DNA from: Candidatus Parcubacteria bacterium
GTDB lineage: Bacteria; Patescibacteriota; Patescibacteriia; Patescibacteriales; UBA12465
Direction of reading: 5' to 3'
NCBI GenBank assembly: GCA_023444045.1
Contig: JAEZRQ010000006.1
Coordinates: forward strand, 241,786-305,785
DNA length: 64,000 nt
This document shows positions 63,316 through 64,000 of the stretch, piece after piece. A program made the position numbers and the translations under genes. Below the pieces are notes generated by a model that was given only the letters and a program-made list of their open reading frames with translations, ran no database searches and had not been told where the DNA came from. The stretch's first letter is position 1. Every line of letters starts with the position of its first letter.

Positions 63316-63708
63316 ATGTTTAAAGTCGACAGTCGGGTAGACTACGGTCTGCTAATTATGTTAGAGCTCGCCGCTAAAGAAAAAGAGCTAACCCCTCTAT
63401 CTAAGATTAGCAAGAGACTAAAAATCTCCTCTGTTTATCTTACTCAAATCTCTAAACTCTTGTCTCAGGCTGATTTGATAGAGAGTCGGGAAGGAATTTT
63501 GGGTGGCTATAAGTTAAAAAGAAGTGCTAAAAAAATTAACCTTTTAGAAATCATTGAAGCTTTAGAGGGGCCAGTAGAAAAAAGATGTCTTAATCATTCT
63601 AAGATGTGTCCCAATGGACCAGTTTGTCCAGCTAAGTCAGCTTGGGATATTATTTTACCCAACATTAAAACGGTGTTAAAGAAACAAAGCTTGTTTGATT
63701 TGCTGTGA
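63316..63708 (+). CDS. Rrf2-family transcriptional regulator (IscR/SufR-like, three-Cys cluster-ligand pattern)
   Basis: w[22 protein letters not shown]. Cys91-x6-Cys98-x5-Cys104 is similar to the IscR C92/C98/C104 spacing. Located directly upstream of sufC. Confidence 0.85.
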   Translation: MFKVDSRVDYGLLIMLELAAKEKELTPLSKISKRLKISSVYLTQISKLLSQADLIESREGILGGYKLKRSAKKINLLEIIEALEGPVEKRCLNHSKMCPNGPVCPAKSAWDIILPNIKTVLKKQSLFDLL

Positions 63709-63725
63709 TAAATTTAGATAACAAT

Positions 63726-64000
63726 ATGACAAATATTTTAGAAGTAAAAAATTTAAGTGTTTCCATTTCCGGTAAAAAAATTCTTAAAAATATTAGCTTT
63801 GAGGTTAAAGAAGGGGAAACTGTTTTGATTATGGGGCCTAATGGTTCTGGTAAAAGTACCATTGCTTATGTGTTAATGGGGCACCCAGCTTATCAGATAG
63901 ACTCAGGTAATATTTTCTTCAATGGTCAAGATATTACCGAGTTAAAACCAGAATTAAGAGCGGCACTAGGAATCTTTTTAGCTTGGCAACAACCAAGAGA
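63726..64000 (+). CDS. sufC: Fe-S cluster assembly ATPase SufC, N-terminal fragment (3' end outside the window)
   Basis: My translation is [73 protein letters not shown]. The Walker A and HPAY context are typical of SufC. Confidence 0.85.
   Translation, partial: MTNILEVKNLSVSISGKKILKNISFEVKEGETVLIMGPNGSGKSTIAYVLMGHPAYQIDSGNIFFNGQDITELKPELRAALGIFLAWQQPR

Overview
AT-rich, gene-dense bacterial contig with almost all genes on the + strand. UGA, UAA and UAG all terminate genes and RF2 is present, so this is genetic code 11. Most of the window is core housekeeping. It starts with a dcw/peptidoglycan block (mraY', ftsW, murG, murC, murB) interleaved with hisS, an ABC exporter and alaS. Next comes a relocated infA-rpmJ-rpsM-rpsK-rpsD-rpoA-rplQ-rplM-rpsI block, then prfB, comEC, rpmB and an M50 protease. 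The str/S10/spc ribosomal superoperon follows (rpsL to secY, with no rpmD and no adk). After it come map, ruvX, recO, aspS, asnS, scpAB, a D-Ala-D-Ala carboxypeptidase and dnaG-rpoD. Missing L30, charged tails on many ribosomal proteins, short AlaRS/ComEC/RpoA, a DUF5671-like protein and near-absent Shine-Dalgarno motifs suggest a Patescibacteria/CPR-like organism; that lineage call is inference only. The accessory part starts at about 49.2 kb. It opens with a tRNA-Asn(GUU) gene split in its anticodon loop by an ORF-less ~239-nt group I intron, followed by a duplicated tRNA 3' fragment. A tightly packed DpnII-type restriction-modification cassette follows (Dam-like MTase, DpnA-like MTase, DpnII-like endonuclease). 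It carries an extra PD-(D/E)XK-like ORF and, once a decayed IS3-family element is removed in silico, a small membrane ORF and a membrane-anchored NERD protein. All six ORFs are then separated by only 3-5 nt. I consider this six-gene array the best candidate for an undescribed defence system. The window ends with orphan small genes, a YdeN-like hydrolase, an MGMT-domain protein, an M23 peptidase, deoC, a LOG-family gene, two MFS transporters and an Rrf2 regulator ahead of sufC. No rRNA or CRISPR array was seen.
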